Part shown: positions 33,064 to 43,434 of the stretch, piece by piece | How positions within the stretch are numbered: the stretch's first letter is position 1 | Layout: every line of letters begins with the position of its first letter | Virus record (IMG/VR): IMGVR_UViG_3300012971_000009 | Span: 1 to 47,952 of that record | Strand: one strand, 5' to 3' | DNA length: 47,952 nt | From: a virus | Taxonomy: Duplodnaviria > Caudoviricetes | Program-made: the position numbers and the translations under genes | Notes under the pieces: model-generated | What the model was told of the DNA's origin: nothing | Databases searched by the model: none | The model's input: the letters and a program-made list of their open reading frames with translations, nothing else

Positions 33064-34944
33064 ATGCTGACTTTCGATCAGGTCGTGCGGTTGATGCTCC
33101 AGCGCATGGAGCAGCGCAATCCCATGTTGCGACTCATGAACGAGGTCAAGCGCCGCTACAACGGTGACTGGGTCATTCCTCTCCCCGACCTGGAGGCGGA
33201 GCCGACCCTTCCTCCCGTCACCCCCTTCCTGGTGGCCCAGGCCATCGACAACCTGGGCATGCGGGCCGGGAGCGTCCTGCCGTTCTGGACTTTCCCGGCC
33301 ATGGCGGCGACCGACGCCGCCATGAACCGGGCGGCACGGCGCAAGCGGTGCTGGGGCGCCGTGTGCCACAAGTCCTACTTCCAGTTCGTGCAGCGCCGGG
33401 CCTTCAACCACCTCTCGGGCTATGCCTTCGCCAACCTCCGGGTCGTCCCCGACATGAAACTGGAGATGCCCCGTCTTCTCTGCGAAGACCCGCTCTCGGC
33501 CTTCCCCGAACCCAAGCGGCCCGAGGACGCCACCCCTCCGTCCAACTGCGGGTATGTCTACGAGATGCCCACGGGGATGATCCGGGCCATGTACCCCAAG
33601 GCCCGCACCGAGTACGGCGGCATCCTCCAGCCCGAGCCGGAGGGCTTCAACGAGCTGTGGACCATGGTGGACTGGATGGACGACGACCAGAACATCGTGG
33701 GCATCTGCGGTCCCAAGTACGTCGACCAGCCCTACCGCTCCTACGACCCCCGCTACGGCGAACCGTGGCTGGAGCTGGCCAACGGACCCCAGATCGCCGG
33801 TCGCTGCCCGGTGGTGGCGCCGGGCAAGATCGGCCTCGACGCCGTGGCCTCCCAGGTCGCCAACGCCATCGGCCTGGCCGACTTTCAGGCGAGGTTGATG
33901 GGCCTGGCCGTCACCGCCCAGGAGAAGGCGGCATGGCCCGACATGTACGTCATCGGGTCCCAGGCCGGTCCGCCCCGCATCATCACCGGCAAGTGGCGTG
34001 ACGGGCGTGAGGGCGAGATCAACGTCATCGAGAACGCCGGTCAGGTCGGCACCCTGCGCAACACCCCCGACCCGGCCCTGCTCCAGATGATCAACCAGCT
34101 GGAGCGCAACTTCAAGACCTCCACCAACCAGAACGCCGCCATGGTGGGCGAGACCAACCTCTCCATGAGAAGCGCCCGAGGCATCGACCGCAGCCTGGAC
34201 GCCTCCGTCGACCCCCTCATCTACGACATGCACAAGATCGTGGAGGCCTACATCCCGCACCTGGTGGACTTCGCCTTCTCCACCTTCGAAGGCATGGAGG
34301 CATGGAACCGCAAGCGCTACACCGTCTTTTCCGGCTGGCCTACCGACTCGGGCATGGTGGAGTTCACTCCGGCGACCGATCTCAAAGAGACCCACGAGAT
34401 GATCGCCGAGTACTCCATCGCCGGGGCCGACGTGCAGGAGACCACCATCGGCCTGGGCCAGTTGCGGGCCACCAAGGCCATCTCCATGCGCTACTACCGC
34501 AGCCGTCACCCCTGGGTCGGTGACTCCGACGCCCAGGAGCGCGAGGTCGGCACCGAGGATCTGGAGAACGCCCAGTTCACCGGCATCCTCCAGAAGATCG
34601 CCTCGGGGGAGCTGGATCCCCAGATCACCAAGCTCATCTACGACTCGTGGCGGGCCGGGGCCAACATCTTCGACGCCTGGGACCACGCCCAGAAGGAGGC
34701 CCAGCGCATCCAGGCCATGGCGCCCCCGCCGACGCCGCCGGGCATGACCGGGCCACCACCCATGATGCCGGGGGTATCGGCTCCGGCCCAGCCCCTCGGC
34801 CTCCCGCCCGGGCAGACCAACATGGGTCCCAACGAGGATCAGATGAAGCAGCAGATGCTGCTCAGCGCACTGAAGGCTCACCCCCAGCTTCCCGCCGTGG
34901 CGCAGGGGCCGATCCCCACCGAGCAGGTGCCAGTTGCCTCGTAA
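33064..34944 (+). CDS. Portal protein
   Basis: 626 aa directly after TerL; helical; Pro/Gln-rich C-terminal tail as in podoviral portals. Confidence 0.75.
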   Translation: MLTFDQVVRLMLQRMEQRNPMLRLMNEVKRRYNGDWVIPLPDLEAEPTLPPVTPFLVAQAIDNLGMRAGSVLPFWTFPAMAATDAAMNRAARRKRCWGAVCHKSYFQFVQRRAFNHLSGYAFANLRVVPDMKLEMPRLLCEDPLSAFPEPKRPEDATPPSNCGYVYEMPTGMIRAMYPKARTEYGGILQPEPEGFNELWTMVDWMDDDQNIVGICGPKYVDQPYRSYDPRYGEPWLELANGPQIAGRCPVVAPGKIGLDAVASQVANAIGLADFQARLMGLAVTAQEKAAWPDMYVIGSQAGPPRIITGKWRDGREGEINVIENAGQVGTLRNTPDPALLQMINQLERNFKTSTNQNAAMVGETNLSMRSARGIDRSLDASVDPLIYDMHKIVEAYIPHLVDFAFSTFEGMEAWNRKRYTVFSGWPTDSGMVEFTPATDLKETHEMIAEYSIAGADVQETTIGLGQLRATKAISMRYYRSRHPWVGDSDAQEREVGTEDLENAQFTGILQKIASGELDPQITKLIYDSWRAGANIFDAWDHAQKEAQRIQAMAPPPTPPGMTGPPPMMPGVSAPAQPLGLPPGQTNMGPNEDQMKQQMLLSALKAHPQLPAVAQGPIPTEQVPVAS

Positions 34945-35401
34945 GCGCAAGACCAACCTCCCCGCCATCCCGTTCCCGGGCGCCCAGTACGGGCAGGGCC
35001 AGCAGCAGATCGCCGCCCAGCAGGCCATGCCCCTACCCAACGTGGTCAACGCTCAGCAGAACATGCTGGACGCCGCCGCTCAGGGTGGCGGCCCTCCGGC
35101 GCTGCCCCCCGGTGCTCCCGCTCCCGGAGCGCCCGGGCCTCCGGCCATGCCCCCGCCGCCGCAAGGACCGACCAACTTCCAGGGCGCCCTGGACGAGGCC
35201 ACCGCCGAGCCGCCCGGCAGCGCCCTCGACAACTTCAGCGGCCAGGACCACATCACGGCGGGCATGGATATGGGACCGGGACCGGGATCGGAGGTGCTCG
35301 ACCTGCCCAACCAGGCCAACGTGTTCCGCGTCCTGGCCGACACCTCCGGTGATCCGAACTATCTGCGTCTGGCCATGATGGCCAAGATGGGTACCCAGTG
35401 A
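34934..35401 (+). CDS. Pro-rich hypothetical virion-associated protein
   Basis: GAQYGQ...QQAMPLP and ITAGMD.GPGPGSEVL; follows the portal. Confidence 0.7.
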   Translation: MPRKRKTNLPAIPFPGAQYGQGQQQIAAQQAMPLPNVVNAQQNMLDAAAQGGGPPALPPGAPAPGAPGPPAMPPPPQGPTNFQGALDEATAEPPGSALDNFSGQDHITAGMDMGPGPGSEVLDLPNQANVFRVLADTSGDPNYLRLAMMAKMGTQ

Positions 35402-38400
35402 CTGATCTGCCGGGTGCGGCCATTGCCCCCGGCGACACTCCGGCGGACCCCTACGGGATGAACCTGTCGGCGCAGCCGACGCCGGACCAGACCAGCCGCT
35501 ACTACGTGCGCCAGGCGGCGCGGGTCAAGCTCCTCACCTCCATCGACCCCACCCTGACGCAGTTGCCTAACAGCGTGCAGGACCTGGCCAACCTGAACGT
35601 GGACGCCAACAACCTGTACGGGCAGATGTCGGCCTACAAGGGCACGCAGTTGGCGTCCATGAACAAGGATCAACTGGAGCAGTACTCACCGGGGGTCCAG
35701 CGGGCCTTCTTCTCCGAGATGGACACGGTGCAGCAGCAGGCGCTGTCAGCCGCCGGGTACACACCGCCCAAAGCCGACGCCCAGGGTTCCTCGGGATGGT
35801 TGGGCAGCATCCTCGGTGACGTCTCCGACGCCGCCGGGACCGCCTTCGGTGCCATCAAGCCCGTCACCGATTACACCTTGCGTCCGGTCTTGCAGGGCCT
35901 GGGTGAGGTGGGCCAGGTCACCGCCGACATGTACCGCGCCATCCGCACCCAACCGGCCTGGGTGCAGGAGCTGGCGGCGGCGGGAGCCGTGGCTGCCACC
36001 ATAGCCACCGGTGGTGCTGCCGCCGGGGTGTTCGGGGAAGGAGCCTTGGCCACGGCGGCAGGAGCGCTGCCCATGGGTGCTTCCGCCATGGGCGGCGCCT
36101 TCGCCACGGCGGGGATCGTCAACTCCCTCCAGGGCAACTGGGACTACTGGGGCCAGGCGTGGCAGCTGGGCAACGCCGGGGAGCGGGTGTGGACGCCCCA
36201 CACCCTGAGTCAGGCCGGGTATATCATCGGCTCCGACGGGAACCTCTTGGAGCTGGCCAAGACCATGGCCTACGACGATCCCATGGAGATCGCCAAGGAC
36301 TTCGGCGAGGACCCGGCGTCGTTGGGCCAACACCGCCTCGGTCTGGTGGCCCGTCTCGCCACCCGTTCGGGCCAGTTCGGGACGCCCGAGTACCAGGCTG
36401 CCTATCAGGCCATCGAGCAGATGTCGATGGACCCCCAGTTCCAGAAGGCGGTGCAGTTGCTGCACGACTCCAAGATCTCACCCGGGCGTGACCTGGCCCG
36501 GTTGGTGGGCCTTCGGCCCGGGACGACGGCCTACAACCTCACCTCGGGCCTGGGCGACGCCGCCTTCCAGATCACCACCGACCCCATCCTGGCGGCGGGT
36601 TCGGAGCTGAAGGCGGCTCGGGCCATTCGTTACGGTTTCAACGCCGACCTCATGGCTTCCAACATGGCCTCGGCCGGTTACAAGAGCTGGGAGGCCTATG
36701 CCGACGCCATGGCCAGCCGTTCCGCCATGGTGAACCAGTACCAGGAGCTGGCTGACCTGATGGGGACCGACGGGGGCATGGAGACCCTCTACCGGCGGCG
36801 CAAGAATCTGCGGGGGATCCTCGGGGTCATGAACGATTGGCAGCAGGCTGAGCGCCCAAACTCGGCGTGGGACCTGGACCTGGTCAAGGACTTCTTCCGG
36901 TCCCAGCAGGCGGGGCAGGCACTGGTCTCGGGCAAGGGCATGACGGCGGTGCACGGGTTGATCGAGATGCCCCACCTCAACCCCTTCAGCGACGCCGCCG
37001 GGCGCATCCGGGAACAGCTGTCACGGGCCATCGACTTCACCGCCGATCACGCCCAAGACGGTCGTTTCGAGCTGACCGGGGCCGTCAACCCCGCCTACGA
37101 CCAGTACGCCAACATGAACGGCCTCACCAAGTCCATCGTGACCATCGTCAACGGTGTGCCCTTCGTCAACAAGATTCCTCAGATGGGAGCGGCCGCACTC
37201 AAGCTCCTCACCACACCCGTGCCCCGGTATGGGTTCCTGGCGCTGGACGAGGCCGGGATCCTGGGAGCCGACGCCATGCGCGAGTCCCGGGCCTTCACCG
37301 AGACGCTGCGGGCGGTGGGGGTGCCGTCGTGGTTGCGCAACGACGTCTTCAGTCAGTTCGTGACGGCGCCTAATGCCGGTGCCCGGCGCATGATCCTGGA
37401 GTCCTTCTACCGCACCAGTTTCGAAGGGGCGGGTCTGGCCTCCACCACCGAGGGCCGGGAGTTGATGGAGAACTTCATCGACCACATCAACCAGGCCTAC
37501 ATCGGCGGTGCCCACACGGCCACCGTCGCTCAGGACGCCTCGCGGCTCCTCGCCATCCCCGACATCCGGGAGATGCGCCGAGCCATCTCCCAGACCACGA
37601 TCCTCAACAAGATGCTGAACGTGGCCGACAACCACATCCTCACCGCCGCCACGTCACGGTTCTGGAAGCCTGCCACCTTGTTGCGGATCGGGTTCATCCC
37701 CCGCATCGTCACTGACGAGTTGCTGTCGTACTTGGCCCGCTTCGGACTGGTCGGGTACCTCACACCTTTCCAGTCCCGTCTCGCCGCCACCGCCGAGGGT
37801 GATCTTCCTCTCCACGCCCAGTACATCGAGAACGCTGCCAACACCCTGACGTCGGGTTTCCAGAAGCTGAGCTTCGGCAAGCTCAACACCTCAGGCGTGG
37901 ATGACATGACCAACGCCATGTTGCAGTACTACACCCGGGGTGTCCGCAAGCTCGCCACCGACGGCCTCTTCGGTCTGAACCAGACCAGCGGTCTGGGCAA
38001 GGTGTTGGCCCCTGAGAACTCGCTGCGGGGTCTGGTCCTGGCCGGAGTGCCCGACGACTTCGTGCGCTACGCCCGTGAGGCCATGCAGGAGGACGGTCCC
38101 TTCCGCCAGGCTTTTCTGAGCCGCATCTCGGCTCGGCACGTGTCCCAGATCGGCGACGTCATGTCGAACCAGGACATCCAGCAGCAGTTGGCCCGCAAGA
38201 CCTCCGACGGGGACATCGAACCCATCGCCGCCCACAACTACGGCAACCAGCGCGAGCACGTGAACGCGTTGTCCCCCTCGGGTCGGGAAGCTCAGGTCAA
38301 CAACCAGCACGTGAGCCTGAAGACCCGGCTGCCGTCCCAGCAGCTTTACGACTGGGCCATGTCCCGGCCCGGGCCTCTGGTCGACAACCCCCTGTCGCGG

Positions 38401-41400
38401 TTGGGTTTGGACACCGAGGGTCTGGCCCGCAGGCTTCAGACCCACGGCTTGGAGAACCTGACCGAGACCGAGCGCTACGCCGTCAGCCAGCTCGTCACCG
38501 ACGCCCCCAATGCCATACCCGGGGTATCCGCCAAGCTCCAAGGTCACGCCGAATGGCTCCAGGACCAGGCCGATCGGATGGCCGAGACCATCTCTACGCC
38601 CGAGGACGAGGCAAGGTGGGCGGGGTTGCAGCGCAAGGCTGACCAGGTGAAGGCGTGGGCCAGGGAAGTCGGCACCGCTGCGAACCGCGGTGAGGCCCTC
38701 AATGCGCTTTCCTACACCCTCGACGGCGAGGATTCTGAGCTGGTGCCGTGGGACGTCCTCGGCCACGCCATGGGCCTGAACCGGACGCTGGACTCCTGGA
38801 TGGGCGGCGTCATGGCCTATCCCAAGCAGTTAGGAGTCTTTGAACGGTTCGCCTCCGAGCAGGAGATGAACGACTCCCTGCTCAAGTACCTGCGCGACCA
38901 GTCTTACACGCCGGAGTCCCAGCACTGGTTCGACAACCTGGAGCACTCCAGCCGGGGTGCTATCTCCGGCGTCCCTGCCGCCCAGGCGCCTCAGCGGGGG
39001 ACGACACGGTTGTGGTCGCCCAACCTCTCCCATGGTGCTCGCACGGCCATGGACGACATGCTGGCCGAGAACGGGCGTCTCGGCGTGGACGACATCGCTT
39101 CGTACCTGGCATCCCATAACGTCCCGGTCGACCGTCAGACCGTCGAGGCGCTGACGGAGATGGCCCGATGGGAACGGACCTACCGGGCCGGTGGTCCCTC
39201 CATCTGGAACGAGGGACCGGCGACGGCCATGGTGGTGGAGAACCCCCAGATGGCTCGCAACGTGTCCAAGGCACTGCACACCTTGGCCGGAGAACCCGAG
39301 GCCGATGCCATTGCGGAGCTTCAGTCCTCGGTTACCGGCATGGGTCGGTTCCGTGTCAACCACGGTGTGCCGGGGGTGTCCAACCCCATTAGCTTTGGTC
39401 CCTATCGGGGCTACGCCGTGAACCCCACGTTCGTGTCCAAGGACGCCTACCAGGTGTTCGGGGCCGGGTACCCCGCCATCCCGGCCGGTGCCCGTCAGGA
39501 GTTCATCGACAACTACCACGCTCTGGAGCAGCGGGTGTTGGGGGCCGAGAAGCGCTCCGTGCCCGAGGACTGGAACCCCGCCGAGTGGGCTGCCTACAAA
39601 CGGGGTGACTACGCCGAGTTCTCCCGACTGCGGGGGTACACGCCCGCCGAGATCGCCGATTGGGAGAAGCTCCAGAGCTACCAGCACGGCATGGAGCCGG
39701 ACGTCACGGTGCCTTACCCCGAAGGCTCCGCGTACGCCGGGGAGCAGGCGGCGTCTACCACTCCTGAGGCCATCCTCCAAGCCAAACCACATCTATTGGC
39801 GCCGGAGGGTACGCCGGGTCTGACCTACGAGCAGCTCATCGAGGAGCACCTTCAGGCTGAGCTGGGGTACCTACGGGCGCTTCACGTCGGCCACTACGAG
39901 AACATCCCGATGACCGGTCCGGCCACCATCAAGCCCTACGTGGCGTGGAACGGACCGCAGTTCACCAACGTGATCTCCGACGGGATTCTGGACCGCACTT
40001 CGCCGTCCATGGTCGACGACAGTGGCCATGTAGTGGTCGACCCAGGTCTGGCCACCGCCGACTTGAATGCTGGGCTGCCCTACTTCCGGGGTCAGGCCAC
40101 GCTCAAGGAGCACAACCCCATCAAGTTCTCCGAGTACGCCCCCCGGCCTGGGAACCACGTTGGTGTAACCACCGATCTCCCCACCTTCAATGCCCATCAG
40201 CCGATTTCCGACGAGATGGCCATGGCCCTGAACGGTATGGCGGGTGGCTTCGACGCCAGTGGCAAGCCCCTGGGTGAAGGAGCGCAGCGCATCGTCATCA
40301 ACGCCAACCAGCGCAACGCCCGCCACGCCAGCGACTGGTTGGAGGCCATCGGGGCTGATTACGAGTTCTACACCAAGCCCGGCACCAAGATGCCCAAGTG
40401 GGCAACGGATCGGTTGAAGCCCGCCGACATCCATGTCGGTGACATCCCCATCGAGTACACCAACCTCCCCGACGAGGTGGCGCACGCCACCCTCGACCAG
40501 CACGGCAACCGGATCATTCGCATCGACCAGAACAAGGTCGACTTCATGAACGGGCGGATGGAGGAGCGCAGCTACCTCACCGGGGCCAAGACCTCAGCCG
40601 GTGATCCCCGTCTCAGCCAGGAGATGCTGCCGGGATGGGGCGACCATCCCACCTTTCAGTTCATGCGGCCCGAGGACCTGAACAAGGCTCTCAACGACAG
40701 CGGTCACACCTTCAACGACTGGGTCTTGGCCCACGAGATGGGTCACCATGCCATGGGCCACATTTACTACGGCAACGCCGTCGACGATTCGGCTAGTGAG
40801 TTGTGGAAGCAGGAACGTCAGGCCGATCGGTGGGCGGCACAGTTCCTTGGCATTGACCTGCCTCTGACGGACCCTCGCAGTTACCGGCTGAGTCGGGCCG
40901 TGGGCAAGACCGGTGTCGACATGGACAAGCTGTCGGTGCTGATGCAGAAGATGGGTCCCGACGCCTACCGCCAGTTCCTCGGCAACCTGGAGTCGGCCCG
41001 GCTCCTGTACGGGGACAACGTGCAGGGTGACATCGAGGCTCTGCGCCACATGCAGGCCATGTGGGACATTCCCGTGACCGGCGACGGCACCCTCATGGTG
41101 CCCGGGGCCGATCTCAGCCAGGCTCCTCAGCCGCTGTGGCCGGTGATGTCGCCGTACATGAACGATCTCAACATGCACGCTCGTGGTTACGTGGCTTCGG
41201 GGGCCGACTCCAACGGCATCCCCGAGGAGATCCTGCCTCGTGAAGCGGTGGCCAAGAAGCTGGCCGTCGATCCCGAGACGTCCCGGCCCCGAGCCTTTGT
41301 GGACTGGTCGTTCAACAAGATCGGCACCGTCATCGACAAGACCTTCCGGGAACCCGCCGCCTTCTACCAGTACATGCGCAATCGCCGGGCCATGGACGCT

Positions 41401-43434
41401 CTGTACCAGTCATGGCGGGACCCGGCGCTGTTCGACTTGGAGAAGGGCACCTTCGCCAAGATCGCTCAGAAGCAGATGGCCTCGGACACGCGTACTGCCG
41501 TCGGTTCCATGACCCCGGACCAGCGCTCCCAGCTGATCAACGCCGGGCAGTTGCTGGGGATGGAGGCGCCCACCGCCCAGCAGGTGGCCCGGACCCAGGC
41601 CCAGAACTCGGTCGACTACCTCCGCAACGCCGGTCACGACGCCCTGGCCGACACGCTGGCCCAGGCCAAGCCCATGCAGACCGTCGAGGAGAAGATGCAG
41701 GAACTGTTGGGCCGGGCCAAGCAGGGTGACTACTCCTGGGTGGATCCCGGTGATGTGGCCACGGTGAAGGCGGCGGTGGCCAACGACGCCATCCATGCCA
41801 AGTCCGCCCAGGACATGGCCGTGGTGCGCACGGTGCAGGACATGACGCCCTTCATCCACGACCATCGGGTGCGGACCCAGTTCCAGCAGTACGTCAACAA
41901 CATCATGCCGTTCTGGTATGCCGAGGATCAGTTCATGCGGCGGTGGTGGCGCACGTTCGTGTTCGACCCCACCGTCATCCGCAAGGCCCAGCTCCTGCAC
42001 ATGGGCCTGAAGTCCTCCGGTGTGGTGAGTACTGATCCCTCCGGCAATGACGTCTTCACCTACCCCGGCTCCGCCGCGTTCATGGCAGTGCTGTCCAAGA
42101 TCCCCTTCCTCCACGACAAGATCCCCGTCCTGAACACGATGACGGGTCAGCTGTCCATGACCATGCCGGGGATGGAGAACTTCGGCGACCCCAGTCTGTC
42201 GCCGTGGGCGTCCATCCCCCTCAAGCAGATCGCCTCGGTGTTCCCCGAGATGCAGGGCGGGGTGTCGCAGCTGACCGGTGGCTACGACCGCGGTGTTCTC
42301 CGTTCCTTCATCCCTCCTCAGTTCATGCGTTTCTACGACGCCATCTCCCCCTCTGATTCGGACCGTGCTCTGGCGTCGGCCATGATGACGGCGATGCAGA
42401 TCATGGAGGCCAACGGTCAGGGGCTGAAAGACGACGCCACCGCCGCCGAGCGTGAGACCTACATGGACAACGTCCGTAACCACGCCCGCACCGTGTTGTT
42501 GGCCCAGGCCATGTGGGGGTTCCTGGTCCCGGCTCCGCCCACGCCCCGCCAGGTCGGTGTCGATACCTCGGGCCTCAGCTTCGACAAGAACTTCCTCAAC
42601 GCTCCCGAGGAGACGCTGCGCCCCGACTACCTGGAGTTGGTGCGCAACCTCGGTGTGGAGAAGGGCACGCAACGGTTCCTGGAGGAGCATCCCGACAACA
42701 CCCCCGAGGACCTCGTCAACCGCAACATCGCCTACTCCAAGGGCTTCACGGAGCGGGAGTCGGGAGCACCACTGCCGCCGGTGGCTTCGGCCGAAGCGTT
42801 CATGCAGAAGAACTCCAAGTGGATCTCCCAGTACCGCTTCGCCGGGCCGTGGCTGATCCCTGCCCCCGCGGCCGACGAACAGGGCAACGTCATCAACCAG
42901 ACCGCGTACAAGGACCAGATGGCGGTGGGCTTCCGACGCTTGGAGGCACCTCAGGACTTCCTGGAGGGATTGAAGTTCGCCACTGGGTCCTCGACGTACT
43001 TTGACACCATGGACAAGTTCCAGCAGCTGTTGGCATCGGCACAGTCAGCGGCGGGACGTGCTCAGGTGAATGAGATGCAGACCGAGTTCCAGACGCAGTA
43101 CTTCGCCTCCCATCCCCTCTTCGCCGATCAGCTCCAGTCCTCCCAGGGACGGGAACGGCGCCAGAACATCCTGGCGGAAATGCGCCTGGCCCTACAGGAT
43201 CCGGCCACCCCACCGTCACCCCAGACGACGCTGTACGCCGACATGCTCGACGTTTGGGACCGCTACCAGGCGTACCTCCTCCAGTTCGCCGGGCGTTCGG
43301 GGACCAGCGTCACCAAGCGCAAGGCCAATGCCCACACCGTGTTGACGAACTGGATGGCTGACTACACCGCCCAGCACCCCGATGCGGCCACGTTCTGGAC
43401 GGCCGTGCTCAAGCCGGAGATCGGCAATGGCTAA
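35398..43434 (+). CDS. Giant putative internal virion / ejection protein (2678 aa) with an embedded zinc-metallopeptidase motif
   Basis: Uninterrupted 8-kb ORF in the virion operon; Gly/Ala hydrophobic N-terminal segment; LAHEMGHHAMGH...ERQADRWA. Confidence 0.75.
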   Translation: MTDLPGAAIAPGDTPADPYGMNLSAQPTPDQTSRYYVRQAARVKLLTSIDPTLTQLPNSVQDLANLNVDANNLYGQMSAYKGTQLASMNKDQLEQYSPGVQRAFFSEMDTVQQQALSAAGYTPPKADAQGSSGWLGSILGDVSDAAGTAFGAIKPVTDYTLRPVLQGLGEVGQVTADMYRAIRTQPAWVQELAAAGAVAATIATGGAAAGVFGEGALATAAGALPMGASAMGGAFATAGIVNSLQGNWDYWGQAWQLGNAGERVWTPHTLSQAGYIIGSDGNLLELAKTMAYDDPMEIAKDFGEDPASLGQHRLGLVARLATRSGQFGTPEYQAAYQAIEQMSMDPQFQKAVQLLHDSKISPGRDLARLVGLRPGTTAYNLTSGLGDAAFQITTDPILAAGSELKAARAIRYGFNADLMASNMASAGYKSWEAYADAMASRSAMVNQYQELADLMGTDGGMETLYRRRKNLRGILGVMNDWQQAERPNSAWDLDLVKDFFRSQQAGQALVSGKGMTAVHGLIEMPHLNPFSDAAGRIREQLSRAIDFTADHAQDGRFELTGAVNPAYDQYANMNGLTKSIVTIVNGVPFVNKIPQMGAAALKLLTTPVPRYGFLALDEAGILGADAMRESRAFTETLRAVGVPSWLRNDVFSQFVTAPNAGARRMILESFYRTSFEGAGLASTTEGRELMENFIDHINQAYIGGAHTATVAQDASRLLAIPDIREMRRAISQTTILNKMLNVADNHILTAATSRFWKPATLLRIGFIPRIVTDELLSYLARFGLVGYLTPFQSRLAATAEGDLPLHAQYIENAANTLTSGFQKLSFGKLNTSGVDDMTNAMLQYYTRGVRKLATDGLFGLNQTSGLGKVLAPENSLRGLVLAGVPDDFVRYAREAMQEDGPFRQAFLSRISARHVSQIGDVMSNQDIQQQLARKTSDGDIEPIAAHNYGNQREHVNALSPSGREAQVNNQHVSLKTRLPSQQLYDWAMSRPGPLVDNPLSRLGLDTEGLARRLQTHGLENLTETERYAVSQLVTDAPNAIPGVSAKLQGHAEWLQDQADRMAETISTPEDEARWAGLQRKADQVKAWAREVGTAANRGEALNALSYTLDGEDSELVPWDVLGHAMGLNRTLDSWMGGVMAYPKQLGVFERFASEQEMNDSLLKYLRDQSYTPESQHWFDNLEHSSRGAISGVPAAQAPQRGTTRLWSPNLSHGARTAMDDMLAENGRLGVDDIASYLASHNVPVDRQTVEALTEMARWERTYRAGGPSIWNEGPATAMVVENPQMARNVSKALHTLAGEPEADAIAELQSSVTGMGRFRVNHGVPGVSNPISFGPYRGYAVNPTFVSKDAYQVFGAGYPAIPAGARQEFIDNYHALEQRVLGAEKRSVPEDWNPAEWAAYKRGDYAEFSRLRGYTPAEIADWEKLQSYQHGMEPDVTVPYPEGSAYAGEQAASTTPEAILQAKPHLLAPEGTPGLTYEQLIEEHLQAELGYLRALHVGHYENIPMTGPATIKPYVAWNGPQFTNVISDGILDRTSPSMVDDSGHVVVDPGLATADLNAGLPYFRGQATLKEHNPIKFSEYAPRPGNHVGVTTDLPTFNAHQPISDEMAMALNGMAGGFDASGKPLGEGAQRIVINANQRNARHASDWLEAIGADYEFYTKPGTKMPKWATDRLKPADIHVGDIPIEYTNLPDEVAHATLDQHGNRIIRIDQNKVDFMNGRMEERSYLTGAKTSAGDPRLSQEMLPGWGDHPTFQFMRPEDLNKALNDSGHTFNDWVLAHEMGHHAMGHIYYGNAVDDSASELWKQERQADRWAAQFLGIDLPLTDPRSYRLSRAVGKTGVDMDKLSVLMQKMGPDAYRQFLGNLESARLLYGDNVQGDIEALRHMQAMWDIPVTGDGTLMVPGADLSQAPQPLWPVMSPYMNDLNMHARGYVASGADSNGIPEEILPREAVAKKLAVDPETSRPRAFVDWSFNKIGTVIDKTFREPAAFYQYMRNRRAMDALYQSWRDPALFDLEKGTFAKIAQKQMASDTRTAVGSMTPDQRSQLINAGQLLGMEAPTAQQVARTQAQNSVDYLRNAGHDALADTLAQAKPMQTVEEKMQELLGRAKQGDYSWVDPGDVATVKAAVANDAIHAKSAQDMAVVRTVQDMTPFIHDHRVRTQFQQYVNNIMPFWYAEDQFMRRWWRTFVFDPTVIRKAQLLHMGLKSSGVVSTDPSGNDVFTYPGSAAFMAVLSKIPFLHDKIPVLNTMTGQLSMTMPGMENFGDPSLSPWASIPLKQIASVFPEMQGGVSQLTGGYDRGVLRSFIPPQFMRFYDAISPSDSDRALASAMMTAMQIMEANGQGLKDDATAAERETYMDNVRNHARTVLLAQAMWGFLVPAPPTPRQVGVDTSGLSFDKNFLNAPEETLRPDYLELVRNLGVEKGTQRFLEEHPDNTPEDLVNRNIAYSKGFTERESGAPLPPVASAEAFMQKNSKWISQYRFAGPWLIPAPAADEQGNVINQTAYKDQMAVGFRRLEAPQDFLEGLKFATGSSTYFDTMDKFQQLLASAQSAAGRAQVNEMQTEFQTQYFASHPLFADQLQSSQGRERRQNILAEMRLALQDPATPPSPQTTLYADMLDVWDRYQAYLLQFAGRSGTSVTKRKANAHTVLTNWMADYTAQHPDAATFWTAVLKPEIGNG

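Noticed and set aside
35398-43434. Giant protein as a virion RNA polymerase (N4- or crAss-like) or tape measure
   Set aside because: No DxDGD or recognisable T7-type polymerase motifs seen, and no tail tube or chaperone context; a very diverged enzyme cannot be excluded without structure prediction.
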